A stretch of DNA of 64,000 nucleotides from the human T2T-CHM13v2.0 reference genome, Homo sapiens. The stretch lies in assembly GCF_009914755.1 (NCBI RefSeq), contig NC_060932.1; one strand, given 5' to 3'. Of the stretch, positions 36,017 through 52,734 are shown in pieces; position 1 is the stretch's first letter; the number at the start of each line of letters is the position of its first letter. Made by a program: the position numbers and the translations under genes. The notes under the pieces were generated by a model that saw only the letters and a program-made list of their open reading frames with translations, ran no database searches and was not told the origin of the DNA.

Positions 36017-37219
36017 GGAAATTTTATTCAATGAAATATTAAGTAAGCAGTTATTAAAAATTATGGCTTGAATCTATATGTATAACCATCAACAGTTATC
36101 CTGTGAGAGACTGTCAAAGAAAAATGAGTGTTTCAGGACAGTATATTTGAATGACCAAATTCACGTACATTTCATTTATATTTACATACACATTAAAATT
36201 CAGGAAGGCTATAAACCAGCCTATTATAGTGGTGATATTTGGGAAAGGGATTATGAGTAGATATTGGGTGTTTACTACAATATTTCTTTCTATATTATAT
36301 GAATTTTTAAATAGATCTGATATTTCAGATTTGAAAAAAAAGTCCTTGCATCTATTTTGTGGGCTTGAAAAAAAAATTAGTAAATGGCTTGAAAAGTAGC
36401 TGATTTGAGAGTAAATAATGTGACAAGAGAGATACCAGAGAAGAGAAGGTGTCTGGATGTTTGGCATAATTAAAATGAAAATGGATTGTAAGAAAATAAT
36501 TATATTCACTGTACAGTATTTTTGAAGATTGCTTCTATCAAACCTACAACTTGTGAGTAAAGCTAAATGTGTAATATTCACACAAATGTTATGAGGATGA
36601 TTCATGTTGCTCCTCCCTCTGACTCCCTCTGGCTGCTTTAGGCTCGGGGGTCCCCTGTGAAGTCAGAGCTGAGCGGGATCTAGGACTCAGACGGTGCTCA
36701 GTGGCTCTGTCTGCCAGTGACACATTTCAAGAGGGCGGATCCCACAGCGAACTCAGGTGGCTGGTGGCTCATGAGAAATGTGCCACTCCAGTCCTTTGCC
36801 AGGTTCTTGTCTTGGCACCAGCAGACACCTTCAACCCATACCTCAACAAGCAGGTATTTAATTGGACACTTAGTACATGCCCTGCTGAGCTGAGGACATA
36901 GATCTGAAGGGAAAGAAGCATGGTTGGCCTCAAGGAGCCTGTAACTACCCACTTCTAGGGTGTGGGCAGAGCTGGCAATGTTAGAGCAGCAGTTCACATT
37001 GCAGGCTGCTGGCCAACCTGCCCATTACTGACTCAAGAGTGGCGAGGTGGGGGCAGCATTGGTGAGGATGATACCTATCCTAGAGATGACTAAGATGGGG
37101 CAGTATCTCACTCCTTGGTGGGGGCACCGTAGCTGTGATTTCTGAGGCAAAGATGTGGTCCCACTGGGAATTGGAATGTCTGAGGTCGTGTGAGGCAGCG
37201 TGTTGACTAAAAGCAGGGG

Positions 37220-37500
37220 TGATGGAGACTGACCAACTGGGGTTTGATTCCTGGCTCTGCTGTTTATGAACTGTGTGGTTTTGGGCAAGTGACATAAGCA
37301 TTAAGCTCTAATTTCTTCACTTGTTGAAAAAAAAAGGAATAACAACAGTATGAGGTCATATAAGTGAAGCACTTTGCATCAAATTTAGTCTGTTTAATAA
37401 CTTTTTCATGTCAGCATCATTGTGCCCATTTTACAGAAAGGGAAACTGAGGCTTACAAAAAAGATGATATCTAACTCCAAAGCTCAAGCTCTTGCTTCTA
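37220..37500. mobile_element. MIR fragments in both orientations
   Basis: 'ctggggtttgattcctggctctgctgtttatgaactgtgtggttttgggcaagtgac' and 'cccattttacagaaagggaaactgaggct'. Confidence 0.8.
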
Positions 37501-38733
37501 CTTCTGTACTTCTACTTCAACCTCTATCCCAACTTCATTCTGACACCCACTTCTTCTCCTATCTAGACTCCTAAACGTGTCTCCTGTCCCACCCCTCTAC
37601 ACTCCGTGCATGACTGTATAAGGCTATGGTCTATACGACTACATCATCTTATTCACCCTGCTGTTACGTTGTGTGTGAAAGACAAGCTTGAACTCTGGTG
37701 CCCTTGAACAGGGCATAATTAGGAGACTAGAAAGAAGCATTAGGGGGAGTCCAAAAAGGAAAGTGAGAATAAAATGATGGCTTGGGAGAGATGGCTTCTA
37801 AAAAACAGAAGAACAATAGCATGTGTGGCACTGAAGATTCAGGAGAAATGTGGGAAAAGGCTGTGTTTTCTGAATGGAATGGGAGCCTGAAGGACTGGAT
37901 TCTGAGGAGCCTCCCATATCCTCGGCTTGGGAGAGAACGGGTAGGTGTGAGGTGGACAAGGAAAACCAGGTGTCCTGGAGCACCGTGCAGGTAAGGTGTG
38001 CCCTGAGAAGGGGAGTGCTCAGCAGACCAAGGACAGGCAGAAGCACTGACAGAAAGGGGACAAGGCTGGAGTCTAGTGACGTCGCATCCCCAGCACTGGA
38101 ATATCCCAAATTCTAAGGTCACACGGGGATATCTGCATGGGGAATAAGGTGTTATGAATGGATTATTTTTACATCTCAGACTTATCAGGATTTTATTTCA
38201 GAGCTCGATTCTTCCATTTTCTTCTGTTTCTTCTGTCATGTATTCATTTTCTCTGATGTCATGCAAGCAAGGACCTCTCTAGGAAAGGAATATACAAATT
38301 CGCTTCCTGTCCAGGGATCCATACATATATAGCTGTTATTTTTTAAAATAAGGATTGTTCAGAAAGTTTAAAAACACCTGCTCTTAAACTAGCCTGTGTG
38401 TGCTGTTGGTGACAGTTCCCTGATGAAGGAGTCGTGCCGAAGGGAAGGATGATGGTGCAGGAGAGAGGCCTCTCGAAAGTCAGTAGGCAGGGGATGGAGG
38501 TGAAAGGGGTACAGCTTGGAGTCCTTGGCTTGACTGGAAGAGGGTTTTGCTGGGAAGGCAGGTATGGCTGTGGGGTTTATAGAGGCTTAGGATAGTGTTT
38601 GACTTCACCCCTTCTCACTATGTGCTGGCATGAGAGCCTCAGTTTCCTCTTTAAGTAGAGATCACAGTAACTTACACAAAGCAACTGACCCATGTTCGGG
38701 TGGAGACCAGCTACTCAACAAGAACAGGCTCTC

Positions 38734-39053
38734 GGCTGGGTGCTGTGACTCACAATTGTAATGCCAGCACTTTGGGAGGCCAAGATAGGAAGATCGCTCA
38801 ATCCCTGGAGTTTGAGACCAGCCTGGGCAATATAGTGAGACCCTGTCTCTACAAAAAAAAAAGAAATTTAAAATTAGCCAGGTGTGGTGGCATGTGACTA
38901 TAGTCCCAGTTACTTGGGAGGCTGGGGTGAGAAGATCACTTAAGCCTGGGTGGTGGAGGCTGCAGTGAGTCATGATTGTGTCACTAGACTCCAGACTAAG
39001 TGACAGAGTGAGACCCTGCCTCAAAAAAAAAAGAAAGAAAAGAAAAAAAAAAA
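38734..39053 (+). mobile_element. AluJ
   Basis: Alu consensus. Confidence 0.93.
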
Positions 39054-39671
39054 GTACTGGCTTTCCTCCCCTTTAGGGGATTCTCTGAGGCCAGTGTATC
39101 TGTGTGGCAAAAATCTTGCCTCCTGAAATGCTTGAAAACCAGTGAATAGTCAGTCAAACTGCAACATTATTGCCAGCGTCCTCCCCTGCCGACTCCTGCT
39201 TTCTGGCAAGGCCTACCTGGCTGACTTCTTTCTGGGCAGGTGTGATGGCAGGCAGCAGATGGCCGAGGTATTTTTAGCAACCTGCAGAGGATGACGTATG
39301 TGACTCCCAAGGCCACATACCTGAACCTGTGCTTATCAGACATATGTGCACAGATTCAGGGTGCAGTGAAGAAGAAACTTCAGTAGGATGATGTCAGGAA
39401 AGCCCTCTTCCTGGGCCAGACAAAGCCTTGGCTGGACACAGAGGTTGAGGTCCCAGCCTTTGGAAGTTGGTTTCTGAAGGTGCCACATTCTCACATAGCT
39501 CTGTGGCTTCACACGTGCCGTCTCTCCCTACACTGCTTGTTCTTATGTCCTGATTTCCTACCAATCTTCCCAAACCTTTTCCTGACACCTTCAGGCAGAA
39601 TTCAACACCTCATGTGGGCTGCCATATCACCTCTGTCACAGTTGTTAACATTGACTATTGCAGTCATCTGC

Positions 39672-39965
<294 letters not shown>

Positions 39966-40346
39966 AATCATCTGCTTCTTAAACCAAACTGAGACTTTGC
40001 TGGGGCCGGGGCCGTGCCTCATTCGTGTGTGTAGTGCCAGGACGTTGCACAGTACTTGGCAGATGGTGGGTGTTGATGAATGAATACATTATATAAATTT
40101 GTCAGTTTTGTGACATCTTTTCCTTCCTCTTAGCCCCCACAAAGTGCTCTATGATTTTGCATTAATTTCTTTTTAAGTGAATTTGAATTGCTTTTGTTTC
40201 AAGAATTTCACAGCCACCCACTGAAGCCACTGGAGATCTGAGGAATCCCAAAGACAAGAATGGGAATCTCTCCCTTACCCTCAGGTTAGGAGATGATTGT
40301 CCCAGACTTCTGTGTTGTTAGCAGGATTGGGATAACCCAAGGTGGG

Positions 40347-40979
40347 TGTTGGGGCTCAGAAAACAATAGCCTCCAAAATGAAGGCCTCAGAAGCAAAAGT
40401 TTTCCTCTGGTCCTCTCCTGCCCTCCTGGCTCTGCCTCTCATTCTCCCCCGAGGCTGGCCAGGGAAACTAGAATCCCTCTTTTCCATGGTGGGTCATAGA
40501 AACCAGAACCCATTTTCCCCAAAGCCAGCCATAAAACCTAAAAATGTTACTCTAATGTTCCCTCTGCTTTTCTGTGTAAAAACTCGCCATGAAAAATTAT
40601 CTGATTGACCTTGTTTGACAGTAGGGCAGAAGACCCCCTTTCCAGAGAGGGTCCTGCCCCACACCCAGAAGGAAGAAGTGGTGCTCAGAGAGGCCAAGAA
40701 GATTCTAGACAGATAGGCTTTGCTGGGTGTCCCCAGCCCCCAGCCAGTCCATCAGGATGGACTTTTTTTCCAATCATATTTCCACATGGCTGTCCATACT
40801 TTGTTGAACTTAAGCATAAAAGTGGACAATATCCCCTGTATCTTTGGGTCTTCATTCTGAAGGCTCCCTTGTATACACGTTAAATAAATTTACACGTCTT
40901 TTTTCCAATTGATCTCCCTTTTGTGCGTTGATTTTTCAGAGAACCTTCAGAAGGCCAAGGGTTTCCCTTGGCCCCTAGG
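40347..40979 (+). mobile_element. ERV1 solo LTR, MER39B-like
   Basis: tgttggggctcagaaaacaatagcctccaaaatgaaggcctcagaagc...aataaa...ttcccttggccccta. Confidence 0.8.
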
Positions 40980-41573
40980 TGGAGGTAACCCAAACAGCAT
41001 GTGTCAGCTGAGCACTGGGCCTGACCTGCCCTGGACGGAAGTTCCTGCCTTGGATTGGCCACTGGACCTGCCCTGGAGGGAAGTGCCTGACCTGGATTGG
41101 CTGCTGTGGGCTAGCTGGGCTGGGGCTTCCACAGAAGAGCTGCCTTCTTGAAGGGTTAAAGCATCAGCTCCAGGAAATCAGGGTCAACCCGTGATCTCCC
41201 ATTAGGGTTCAGGTGATGGTCTAACCTGCTGTGCCTCCTCCATCATGGGCTTGATGAACACTGACTGGATTTGAATGCCCAAAAGTCTGGGACTGGTATG
41301 AACCTCTTCTTCCCCCAGGGACCTCATGGGGAGGCCCTATCAGTGTCCAGCAGATCAAGGCAGAGTGGCTGGTGGTAGCCTTCAGCTACGCTTGGAGGCC
41401 TCCACTCTCGACTGGTGTGGCACTTCTGTTCTGGTTGCTGAGCTAGTCGGCCATCCTATGGACTCGAGAATAGATTGACTCGGTCTTCATTGCCTCTTGG
41501 GGAGAGGGGTGGTCAGGATTTTCTGGAGTTAGAGTTTTAAAGATGCCCCAGGGAGGATGCCTGGAGAAACGTT

Positions 41574-42432
<859 letters not shown>

Positions 42433-43113
42433 CAATGACCATTTTAAGGAGAGGGCGTACAGATTGCAAGCATGGGAAGAAAAATAAGAACTTAGCCCTA
42501 ACCTAGACTCTGAAGGAGGCTCCTTGTGACAGTCTTGGAGCCTGATTTTGCAGAGCCTGGTTCTCACTAGGGCACTAGCACCTGGGGCATGAGGACGCGC
42601 CTGAAGTACTGTCCTTGGATTTTCCTCATTGCATCAACAAACTGAGATACCAGAAGCTCTGAGAACATGTTACTTCAGAGATTGAAATTATAGACTCGTA
42701 GCAGTCAAATCGGCTATTTGCAGTAATAACTATTCTAGCGTGGTTGGAAAAGCCTAGTAAATGTTGCCCTTGTTTGAAATCTTCCCCTGATCCCCACCCT
42801 GCCACCTCCCCAGTGCTGAACAGGTTGGGAGGCAGAGTGACTATTTTCTGTTTGTTTGTGTTTCAGAGTCAAGCTGTCTGGAACTACTGTCTGGAAGAGC
42901 CTCTTCCCCATCCCAGCAACTGTACCCATCAATCAGGAACTGTTGCTGAACCCAGGGCTGCCTGGATAAACATTTATAAGACCCAGAGGGATCATTAGTA
43001 GAGGGTAGAGGATGTCTTTGCTTGAACCCAAGTCCAAAACTGAACTCACCCTTTGCCCTTTAACTCATAGAAATTCAAATGAGGCAAAGGTGAGGAGAGA
43101 GAACAACTTAAAT

Positions 43114-43290
43114 CAGTGGTTCTCAACCTTGTCTGCACCTTAGAATCTCTAAGGAGCTTTTAAGAATTCAGATGCGTACACTGTTCTCTAGAAGGATGGA
43201 ATCAGAATCTCTGGGGGTGGAACCCAGGCATCTGTATTTTTCAAAGCTCCCCAGGTGATTCCAATGTGCAGCCAAGGTTGAGAATCATAG
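43114..43290. mobile_element. MER5-family hAT DNA transposon fossil
   Basis: Terminal inverted repeats cagtggttctcaacctt / aaggttgagaatca; 8-bp TSD act(t/c)aaat. Confidence 0.88.
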
Positions 43291-43461
43291 ACTCAAATAG
43301 TGCTTGGAGTTCCTGCTGGTCATTCTACCCATGGCCGAAAACCCTGGGGTGAAGAAGTGGAAGACCTGATTCTTCTATTTCTGTGGAGTTCCTTGTGTTT
43401 TTCCTGTAATGAGCATCTCTCCATGCTGAGTGCGATTTTTGGGGTTTAAGATCTGTATTTC

Positions 43462-43618
43462 AGCTGAGAGCAGTGGCATGCACCTATAACCCCAGCTGCT
43501 TAGGAGGCTGAGGCAGGAGGATCGCTTGAGCCCAGGAATTCAAGGCTGCAGTGAGCTATAATTATGCCACTGTATTCCATCCTGGGTGACAGAGCAAGAC
43601 CCTGACATAAAAAAAAAA
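43462..43618 (+). mobile_element. Alu monomer (FRAM-like)
   Basis: Single right-arm-type monomer with A tail. Confidence 0.8.
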
Positions 43619-44063
43619 TCTGCATTTCACATATAACAAGGCCTTGGAACTTCATCTGATTCAACCAAAGCCATGATGATCTCTGCTGTACATTATGGGT
43701 AATTTAAGGGATTTTCAAGTGCAATGTTGGCCATATGAAATTTTGCTTTCATCCAAACTTTCAAACCTAAGCCCTGCATGACATCCCTGCCTTCCTTTTT
43801 TCAGTGGACAGAGCCATTCCCCGTGGCCCTGCTGGCAATCCAGGCAATGGTTGTCACCCTCTTACATTCCCTCAGCCCCTACATTGGTCCTCAGATCTTC
43901 CCAATCTTCCTCTATACTCTCTGCACCTGCTTCAGGTGAGTCCTTCATCTCGAATCTATTACCATAACCTCCTAACTGGCGCCCCTGTCCCCAGCCTCAT
44001 TCCCCTGCATTCCATCATCTGCCTGCCTTCTGGTGAACAAGGCAGATACGAATTGCCATGTAG

Positions 44064-45085
<1,022 letters not shown>

Positions 45086-46807
45086 TCACTGGTTAGGCTA
45101 CTTCTAACTTGTCTTTTTCTTTATAGCCAGTCTATGTGTCCCATCCTCCCCTTTCTCCAGGCTGCATCAGGTGCCTGCTGACCGTGCCCCTCCTCTGTGT
45201 GTGGCCAGAACATCCAAGGCCCTCAACCCGAATGATGAGTACTGATTCTCCCAACTACGTTGTGAACTCTACATTGAGGGCAGGAGCTGGGTCTTACCTT
45301 TCACTGCACCCTTGGTGCTTGCACAATTCCTAGACTAAAGGAAGCCTTTGTATCCAATGCCTGAACTTGCTCCAATATTCCCCAACCTTTTACCCCCTTT
45401 TGCTGATTGGAGACCTGGTTTTGACCTGCTTGGCTTGTGCAAAGCTCTGAGAGAGGAAAAGTTTGGCTTGGGCCCCCTCTCGACGGAATCTTTCCATTCC
45501 AAAGTTGTTTCTCCTCTCTTTGAGGCTCCTTTTAACCGTTCCCAATTCCCTCATTCCCAGGAACTCTTAAATTCTTTCTCCCCTTATCAAAATACTCTTT
45601 CAGAATAAGTACATTCACTCTGGAATACAACTGCTGTTTCCTTTCCCAGGCTTATATGTATTTTAGCAGAAAAAATTCAAAGGAATTAATTTCTAATTGT
45701 GGAAATTGCAGGCCATAGGAGGAGAAGGCAGAGAAAAAAATTTGAGGGTGAATCAGCCTTCTGCAGAGACTTTCTTCAAAGACTTTCATGCATCCTCTTT
45801 GATTAGAGGATTGGAAAAGGGCGAAGCTTACCCATCTTCTGCAGGCAGCTGGAAGAACAAAGAGAAGAGAGATTTTTCAAGCATGGTTTCTCTCTTGGCT
45901 CATCCCACACACATCCCTGTGGGGACTCTACATAGGGAAGGTGTGTCCCAGGGCTTGCCAAAGATGGAGGTCATGACAATGAGATCTGCCCACGGAATTA
46001 TCACAGCAAAAGGCAAGGAATCAGAAATAAGAAAGCCAAGAGTATGGAATCAAAACATGAGACTGAGGAGGTAGCAGTCAGGTCCCCGCCGTAGGTGGGG
46101 GAGGGAGCAGAAGGGAGACAGTAGTCACCAGGGAGCAGAGAGAAGACAGGTGAGTCCTGGGAACATAGACCACCAACCCGGGCAGCCTAGAGTGTGCCTT
46201 TTAGGTGAGCTGTGGCAAGATGCCCCTGGCTGGGTGAGACCGTGTTTGGGGCAGAATTCAGGGCTCCCATTCTGCAGATGAGCAGAACAGACATCTGTTT
46301 CATACCATTTCTGGCTGAGATGTGACCCAGGCTCCCTAGGGGCTGTGATTCTTGGGACATGGCGACCACCAACAGTGGCTAGCCTAGTACCTTTCACAGC
46401 AGTGGGCTGAGTGCTTCCTGTGATATTAGCCACTGTGCAGCACTGGGCAGGGTTCATGTTATCACAGGTGCAGAAGTGCAAAAAGTATATGGGATTCACC
46501 TCCAGACTTCCAGCCAGTGTCCAGTGGCCTTTGAGTCAGGTCGTCAAGGAACTTATTCCTGCCACATGGCCCCTTCATCAGAAGTGTGTGCAGCCACTGG
46601 GCTGTGTCCAGTTTTGGTCACTCATGAAGGAGCTCTCAGTCCTGCTTGGTACCTACTCTCTCCTTCAACCACAGCAGTTGCAGTTTCCTCCACCCCATTC
46701 AGACGTAGGAGACTTAACGTGGCAAATAGGCAGGGCAGCTTCAAAGGGTTCCACAGAGATCCCTCACTTTCCTTTCCCCTATATTCTCTCTCTCTCTGTC
46801 TCACTCT

Positions 46808-47171
<364 letters not shown>

Positions 47172-49550
47172 TAAACCCCCTAATTCCTTATTAGGATTTC
47201 ATCCCTTTGTCTCAAGACGCTGTCTCTTGTGAGGATGCAAATATCCTAACATCCTCCTCAGTCTTTTTGCTGGTGTATGCTTGCCAGATGCTAATTGGGG
47301 CAGGTTTTCACCAAAAAGGGGCAGAGGGAGGGTGGAGTCGGCTGGGCAGCAGGTGGGAACAGGTGGCTGAAAGGGTATGTGGGGAGCATGAAGGCCGAAT
47401 ACATGTACTTTCCCATCATCCTCTAGCAGTGATCCTAGTTTCTGAAACCCAGCCAGGAGATCTGGGCTGATGGAAGATTTTTGTACCGATTCCAAATGTG
47501 AGGGGCCATTTTTGAAATTGTAGCTTGGATGCTGAAATGTTATAATTTCCAGGCCATTTGGATGATTTATGGGGTCAATATATCATTTGAAATGGAAACT
47601 ATTCCAGAACATCCAGGCTGCTTGGTGGCCAGTCCTGTGGTAGTGAATGACAGAGGGTCCCTCTGATAGTGGCCGTCTGCTGACCTGTCTAATCCTTTAT
47701 TCTGTAAGCATTTAGTGGATGGGGGGCATGTGGCCACCAGCAGTCCTGTCCTGGTCAGTGTGACCCTCCTCCCAGCTCAGACCATGGCTCAGCCCTAACA
47801 GGAACCATTGCTCCCCTAAGAGTTCAGCAAAATGGGTGAGAATCCAGGAGCTTCTCTGCTGTCCTTGTCTTGTGGTCTCATTATGAGTTTTTCTTTTGTG
47901 GGAAGGAAAAGAAGAAAAGAGGGAGCGAATAAAGTACTGGGTGGGGCAAGAAACCAGCAAAACACAAACAGAGAAGGGACACACTAACCAGAACCCCTTT
48001 TGAACTTCTTGGAAGAGACCTCCAATGTCTGGTTTTCTGCAAACAGCCTGGGACCAGCCTGAAGTCTATTTTGCATTTCTTAGGGGAAAGGCAGGGGTTC
48101 TCCAGTTTTCTAGTAGAGAGGGATAGAATATAAGACATTATGAAACATTATGAAATGTCCCACGTTTCTATCTAAGTGTCTCCTACACTTGGAGGCCTGA
48201 GGAAGGTCTGTATACCCCCTTACACCCTTGCTGACAGATTCCATCTCTCCATAAAGAGAGTAGTACAAAGCCACTCTGTGCACACACGCACAAGCCAGTC
48301 TTGCCTCCTGAGCTCGTCTCGCACTTGCTGGCAGGATCAGGGTCTATCCCTCTTCATTCTCCCCTGTGGTGCCTAACAGGCTGTGCATGTAGCAGATGCT
48401 CAGTAAACTTGGCCATGGCCATATTAGCTTTGTGGCAGCTGCAGAGGCTTTGATTTTGAAGGTAGGAGGGACCTCCCATCACGTGATCTATGCTTTCTTC
48501 AGAGCAGGGAAGCTGTGTGATTGTAATCAGGCGGGAGCCGTGCTATCGAATCCACCTGTGTTTCCGTGTGACCTTGGTAGAGGTACATTGTTTTTTTGCC
48601 ATGTCCCTTCCTGACCCCGCAGCCTCTGCCGCACACCCGGGCTCTCCCATCTGTATACAAAACGCTCCAGATTCTGGGATGAAACACAGTCCTGTCCAGG
48701 TGCAAATGATTGCTCCTTTATTACTGCAGACATCCTCCCTTTTTCCTTTTAAGTAGTCTTTGAAATTAAACTAAAAAGGAAATATTTGCACAGAGATTTC
48801 CCCAAGGCCATTTTCAATACACCTGGTAATCAGCACCGACTTTCAAAAACATGGTTATTATTGCCTTAAAATTATTGCGTCATTTGACCAAAACCCTCTT
48901 GTGAATGTTTCTGATGAAAATTTTTTATTGAAAATGTTTTTTAATGAGGCAATTTTCCTCCCTTCTCATCGGAGGGGCAGAGCTACCTCACTGTGGCTGT
49001 TTATTTAAATGGTGGAAGACTTCCTTGACTACATCACACACTTTTCTTCTGAGGGCCTTCAGATGGTCTCTGTTTGCATCTAGGGTGAAATTGAGGCACT
49101 GAGGATGGGGTGGAAGTTGCTGTTAAGGTCTTCACCTCCAATCCTACAGTGACCAGTCCTGGAATAAGGCAAGGACCTAGGTGTCCTGAATCACCCTTTG
49201 CTTTTTAGGTAAGTACCTTTGGAAAAATGATAGAGGAGAGATCTATCTTTACCAACCTCAGCCTGCGTCATCCTTAGAAAGGGTGTTTCATAACTATGGT
49301 AGACCTTGTTAACTTTTGACTGTGTAGTATTTTTCATTTCATTTTTTTTTTCAAGTAGCATTGCAATATCCTTTTGGGGAATTTCCTGTTTTCTACTGGA
49401 TACTGGGTCAGTTGTGATCATTAATCAGATGCCTGCTGTTCTGTAGGCAAAAAGCAGGCACTTGAGTTTAGTGAGGCTGTTGGGCTGCCTGTACTTATTG
49501 TTCATATTTTCACAGAACTCTCATTAAACTGGATTATTTGATGTCAACTT

Positions 49551-50060
<510 letters not shown>

Positions 50061-50839
50061 ATCTTTATGCTGAGATGCACTCACTCTTGGGAAATGTTTA
50101 GTTGTTGTTGCAGCAGCGAAACGAAGCCCAAGCAAGCCAATGTTGCTACCACAGTTGTCTTACATGCAGACGTTGGGTGGGAACGGTGTCTATGCGGTCC
50201 TATGGCCCTTCTGAAAGACTAAAGGGGCAAACTCAAAACAAAACCATGTCCCTTTTAGTAAAGGAGAAGCAGGCCAAGGACTCTGTGGATTTGGTCAAGT
50301 TCCACAACCAGACGTGGAAATGATATAGAGGTTTAGAGCTGTGCTCCAGGATATGAGGAAGGGATTTTTAGGAGCAAAAGACCCATTAGATGCCTATTAA
50401 AATATTGGTCAATGAACCAGAATATTATGAATTTTCAGTTTTAGGGCAGCAGTGAGTGAAGCTGGGAGAATTCAGCTGGAGCTTAGGAAGCGAGAAGGCT
50501 GAGAGAGGCCTCTGGTTGGTAGACGGTGCTGGGCAGGCCAGTCTGGGCTCTGGGAGAAACCAGAGATGAAGCCCAACTGACGCTGGAGCCTCAGCCAGGG
50601 TCCCCAGAGCTAGGCCCCTCCAGCGAGTCCTGTCACAGATGGGAGGGGTGGCCACTGGGCCAGATAGGGGGTGCTCAGCTTTGGATTGTGGGTGTCCTCT
50701 GCAGATGGGTCTCCAGCTACCCAAAAGGCAGGGAAGACTTTCCTCCCACAACCCTCAGATGACAGACTGCCATGCCATCACATGGCGGGACACACTGAAT
50801 TCACAGGAGTCTTTTCATTTTTTAATTTATAATTAAAAA

Positions 50840-50957
50840 ATAGAGACGAGGTCTCACTATGTTGCCCAGGCTGGTCTTGAACTCCTGGCCCAAGCAACCC
50901 TCCTGCCTTAGCCTCCCGAAGTGCTGGGATTACAGGCGTGAGCCACCATGCCTGACC
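50840..50957 (-). mobile_element. FLAM / Alu left monomer
   Basis: Single monomer; flanked by caggagt. Confidence 0.85.
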
Positions 50958-51519
50958 AGGAGTTTCAATCTGAAGGGGTCGGTGCCCCAACCCCATTTGT
51001 TGTACAAGGGTCAACTGTACATTCCCAGTATATTTATTTGGGGGGTTAAATGTGTGATTGCTTAATGTAAACATTTATTATAAACCCTTCTTTTGGAGAT
51101 ATGCTCAAAACCTGGAAGTGGCCTTGACCTACCATGACTTGAGGGGCCTACCATTTAGGGGAGAGCCCCCGGGGACTTATCCCAGCAATCCCACCTCCAC
51201 TAAGTTGCTGAAAAACAGTTGAGAACCTAAGTCAGGTATATGTTTGTGGCCAGCTAAGACCTGGTATGGTCTAGGCCCTCCCCAGTGACTCCCCCAAATT
51301 TCTCTGCTTGCCGATGCCTGAAATGAAATTCTTCGACAAGGGAACACTTCTCTTTCAAGGTGGGGATGGTAAGGAAAGGGTGGAGGACTTCAGGCACCTG
51401 AAAATTGGATCCCAACTAGGGGGTACATATTTCAGCAGAAAAAGGAGGCTGGATCCAGAACACAGATTTCAGAGTCTGTGTAAGTTACCCCAGGCTGTGC
51501 GGTGCCGTGGGGAATGCAT

Positions 51520-51765
51520 AGACCTGAGGGCTCCACTCCCGGGCTTGGTCCTGGCTCTCTCATGTTCTAGCTGTGTGACTTCAGTCTAGTTACCTGACCT
51601 CTCTGTGCCCCAGTTTTCTTAGTGAAAATGAGGATAATAACAAAATCTTCTTTATAGGTTTGTTATGAGGAACTAAATAATACATACATAAATGTATTTA
51701 ATATATATGTTAAGTATTTATGACACAGCCTGGCACAGAATAAGAGTTATGTTAGAGCCAGCTGT
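51520..51765 (+). mobile_element. MIR
   Basis: 'agctgtgtgact...ctctctgtgccccagttttctt...aaaatgaggataataa...gacacagcctggcacagaataag'. Confidence 0.85.
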
Positions 51766-52232
51766 TAATATTTGACCCCAACTGTTTCTTTGTATTTGAC
51801 CCCGACTGTTTCTTTGAAGCTGTCTGCTTGGGTACTTCAGTCTGCAACTCTAAGGCCACCAGCTGAGTCTCATGTGATTTAGGAAGATTTGGGAGAGTTA
51901 GTTTTATTCTTCTTCTTCTTTTTTTTTTTTTAACATGCTGACTCTCAATGAGGGAATACCATTCCCAGAAGATTTTTAATTAATTATCTCTGTAAAACTA
52001 TGGCAAAATGCCTTCTGGGGCACTTGCATATTGCTAGATCAAGAAACCCGGGGTTTCAGAATCAAATGCTGGGAAACTTTAGGCATCGTTTCATTGGTAA
52101 CATCCCAAGTGCCCTTTGGGTACTGGAGTGATGGCTGGGGCTGTGATAGCTTAGGAGACAGAGTTAGGATTCTGCGGGGCTGGGTTACACTAAAGGTTCT
52201 CGCAGAGGGGAGAGCTGCGCCTAGTTCTAGAG

Positions 52233-52734
<502 letters not shown>

